Shown in pieces: positions 62,517 through 64,000 of a stretch of DNA of 64,000 nucleotides. The stretch comes from an uncultured Candidatus Rokubacteria bacterium (lineage in GTDB: Bacteria > Methylomirabilota > Methylomirabilia > Rokubacteriales > CSP1-6). A program made the position numbers and the translations under genes. The number at the start of each line of letters is the position of its first letter. Within the stretch, counting starts at the first letter, position 1. The notes below the pieces were generated by a model, which was not told the origin of the DNA, searched no databases, and worked only from the letters and a program-made list of their open reading frames with translations. The stretch spans positions 1 through 64,000 of the forward strand of contig CAVWWD010000005.1 of NCBI GenBank assembly GCA_963758635.1, written 5' to 3'.

Positions 62517-63172
62517 CACCCGAGGCCTTCGTCGCGGAGCTGGACGAGCGCAACCAGGCGCTGCTGCGGCGCCTCGCCCCCGAGGCCACGCTCAAGCCCG
62601 AGGTCGAGGGCAATCTCACGGTGACGAACCTCCTCAAGGTCGCGCTCAAGAACGAGGTGGAGGCCACCGAGATCGCCACCCGGTGGAGCTGCACCACCGA
62701 CGACGTGCACGTGAAGATGGCGTTCGCCCGGCAGGCGGGCGACGAGGCCCGGCACTACCGCCTGATCGGCGAGCGCCTGCACGAGCTGGGCTTCGACGCG
62801 CGCGGCTTCGATCCCCTCGCCAAGGGGTACGGCCCGCTCTTCGCCTACCTCGACCGCCTCAAGACCACGGTCGAGCGGGTCGCCGCAGGACAGTTCACCC
62901 GCGAGGCGATCGCGGTGGTGAAGAACCGGCAGTTCATCGAGTTCTGCGTCGAGGCCGGCGACGCCGTCACCGCCGCCCTCTACCGCGACGTGATCGAGCC
63001 CGACGAGCGGTTCCACCACGAGCTGGGGCGCACGCTCCTGCTGCGCCACGCGCTGACCGCGGAGGACCAGGCGCTGGCGCGGCGGGCCGCCGCGCGCACG
63101 CTCGAGCTGGCCGAGGAGCTCCAGGCCGCGGCCCTCCGGACCGCCGGCATCCACCACGCCCCCGGCTGCTGA
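62513..63172 (+). CDS. Ferritin-like di-iron domain protein
   Basis: Four-helix bundle with two ExxH motifs (DEARH, DERFH) plus NEVE and TRE glutamates. Confidence 0.8.
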   Translation: MTPEAFVAELDERNQALLRRLAPEATLKPEVEGNLTVTNLLKVALKNEVEATEIATRWSCTTDDVHVKMAFARQAGDEARHYRLIGERLHELGFDARGFDPLAKGYGPLFAYLDRLKTTVERVAAGQFTREAIAVVKNRQFIEFCVEAGDAVTAALYRDVIEPDERFHHELGRTLLLRHALTAEDQALARRAAARTLELAEELQAAALRTAGIHHAPGC

Positions 63173-64000
63173 TGGACGAGCGCCGGGACGCCTCGCTCTC
63201 GGCCTTCGCTCGCGAGGTGGACCGGCCCGAGGCCGATATCGACGTGGCCCGCGCCGCGCTCGTGATGGCGCGCATGGCGTATCCGGACCTCGACGTCCCG
63301 ACGCAGCTCCTCCGCCTCGACCGCATCGCCGAGGCCGCGCCGGCCGGCTGCCGGCAGGGCGACGCCCTCGGGCGCCTGCACCGGCTGCGCGAGTACCTGT
63401 TCGGCGACGCCGGCTTCGCGGGCAACCGCGAGGACTACTACGACCCGCGCAACAGCTTCCTCAACGACGTGCTGGACCGCCGGGTCGGCATCCCGATCAC
63501 GCTCTGCCTGGTCCTCGTCGAGGTGGGCCGCCGCCTCGGTCTGACGCTCGAGGGCATTGGCCTCCCCGGGCACTTCGTGGCCCGGATGCGGCTCGCCGAC
63601 TCCCAGATCCTGCTCGACCCCTTCGACGGCGGCGCCATCCTCACCCCCGACGCCTGCGCCGACCTCGTCGAGCGCGCGGTGGGGCAGCGCGTGCCACTCT
63701 CCGATGACGCCTTCGCGCCGGTGTCGCGCCGGCAGCTCCTCGCCCGCATGCTCAACAACCTGAAGGGCATCTACTGGCGCCGGGAGGAGTGGGCCCGAGT
63801 GATCGCGGTGATCGACCGCCTGCTCGCCCTCGATCCCGCGGCGGCGGCGGAGCGGCGGGATCGAGGGGTCGCCCTCGCCCAGCTCGGCGACTACGGGCAG
63901 GGCGTGGCCGACTGGGAACGCTATCTCGCAGAGGCGCCGAACGCCCCGGACGGCGACCGCGTCCGCGCCCAGCTCCGCCGGGCGCGCCTCAAGATGGCCG
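63172..64000 (+). CDS. SirB1 / transglutaminase-like protein with TPR tail, runs off the window
   Basis: GFAGNREDYYDPRNSFLNDVLDRRVGIPITL, GLPGHF, DPF, RMLNNLK, RDRG. Confidence 0.9.
   Translation, partial: MDERRDASLSAFAREVDRPEADIDVARAALVMARMAYPDLDVPTQLLRLDRIAEAAPAGCRQGDALGRLHRLREYLFGDAGFAGNREDYYDPRNSFLNDVLDRRVGIPITLCLVLVEVGRRLGLTLEGIGLPGHFVARMRLADSQILLDPFDGGAILTPDACADLVERAVGQRVPLSDDAFAPVSRRQLLARMLNNLKGIYWRREEWARVIAVIDRLLALDPAAAAERRDRGVALAQLGDYGQGVADWERYLAEAPNAPDGDRVRAQLRRARLKMA

Overview
Very GC-rich bacterial DNA. A Candidatus Rokubacteria/Methylomirabilota-like origin is plausible but is inference only. Bases 1 to ~45.4 kb hold one co-directional minus-strand exopolysaccharide locus of the PEP-CTERM/exosortase-A-associated type. 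Its regulatory head has two sigma54 activators and a degenerate GGDEF protein. Export and assembly genes are a short OPX/Wza, an outer-membrane beta-barrel, a priming sugar transferase, Wzc, a Wzx flippase and an O-antigen ligase/polymerase-like protein. Synthesis and modification genes are nucleotide-sugar enzymes, six GT4 glycosyltransferases, three AsnB-like proteins, FemAB/GNAT acyltransferases, deacetylases, GlmS and a CapK-like ligase. The locus ends in the PrsK histidine kinase, which runs off the left edge. Three GG-N10-GC sigma54 promoters divide it, and a ~97-bp inverted-repeat-bounded element occurs three times in its intergenic gaps. The remaining ~18 kb is mostly housekeeping: mqnD/mqnC/mqnE, a MaoC pair, a UgtP-like glycosyltransferase, ilvD, metH, queG, LOG, def, a ferritin-like protein and a SirB1-like protein, with REP-like palindromes. 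Many genes, including metH, carry single-base frameshifts that are probably uncorrected sequencing indels. All calls come from reading motifs by eye; no searches were run.
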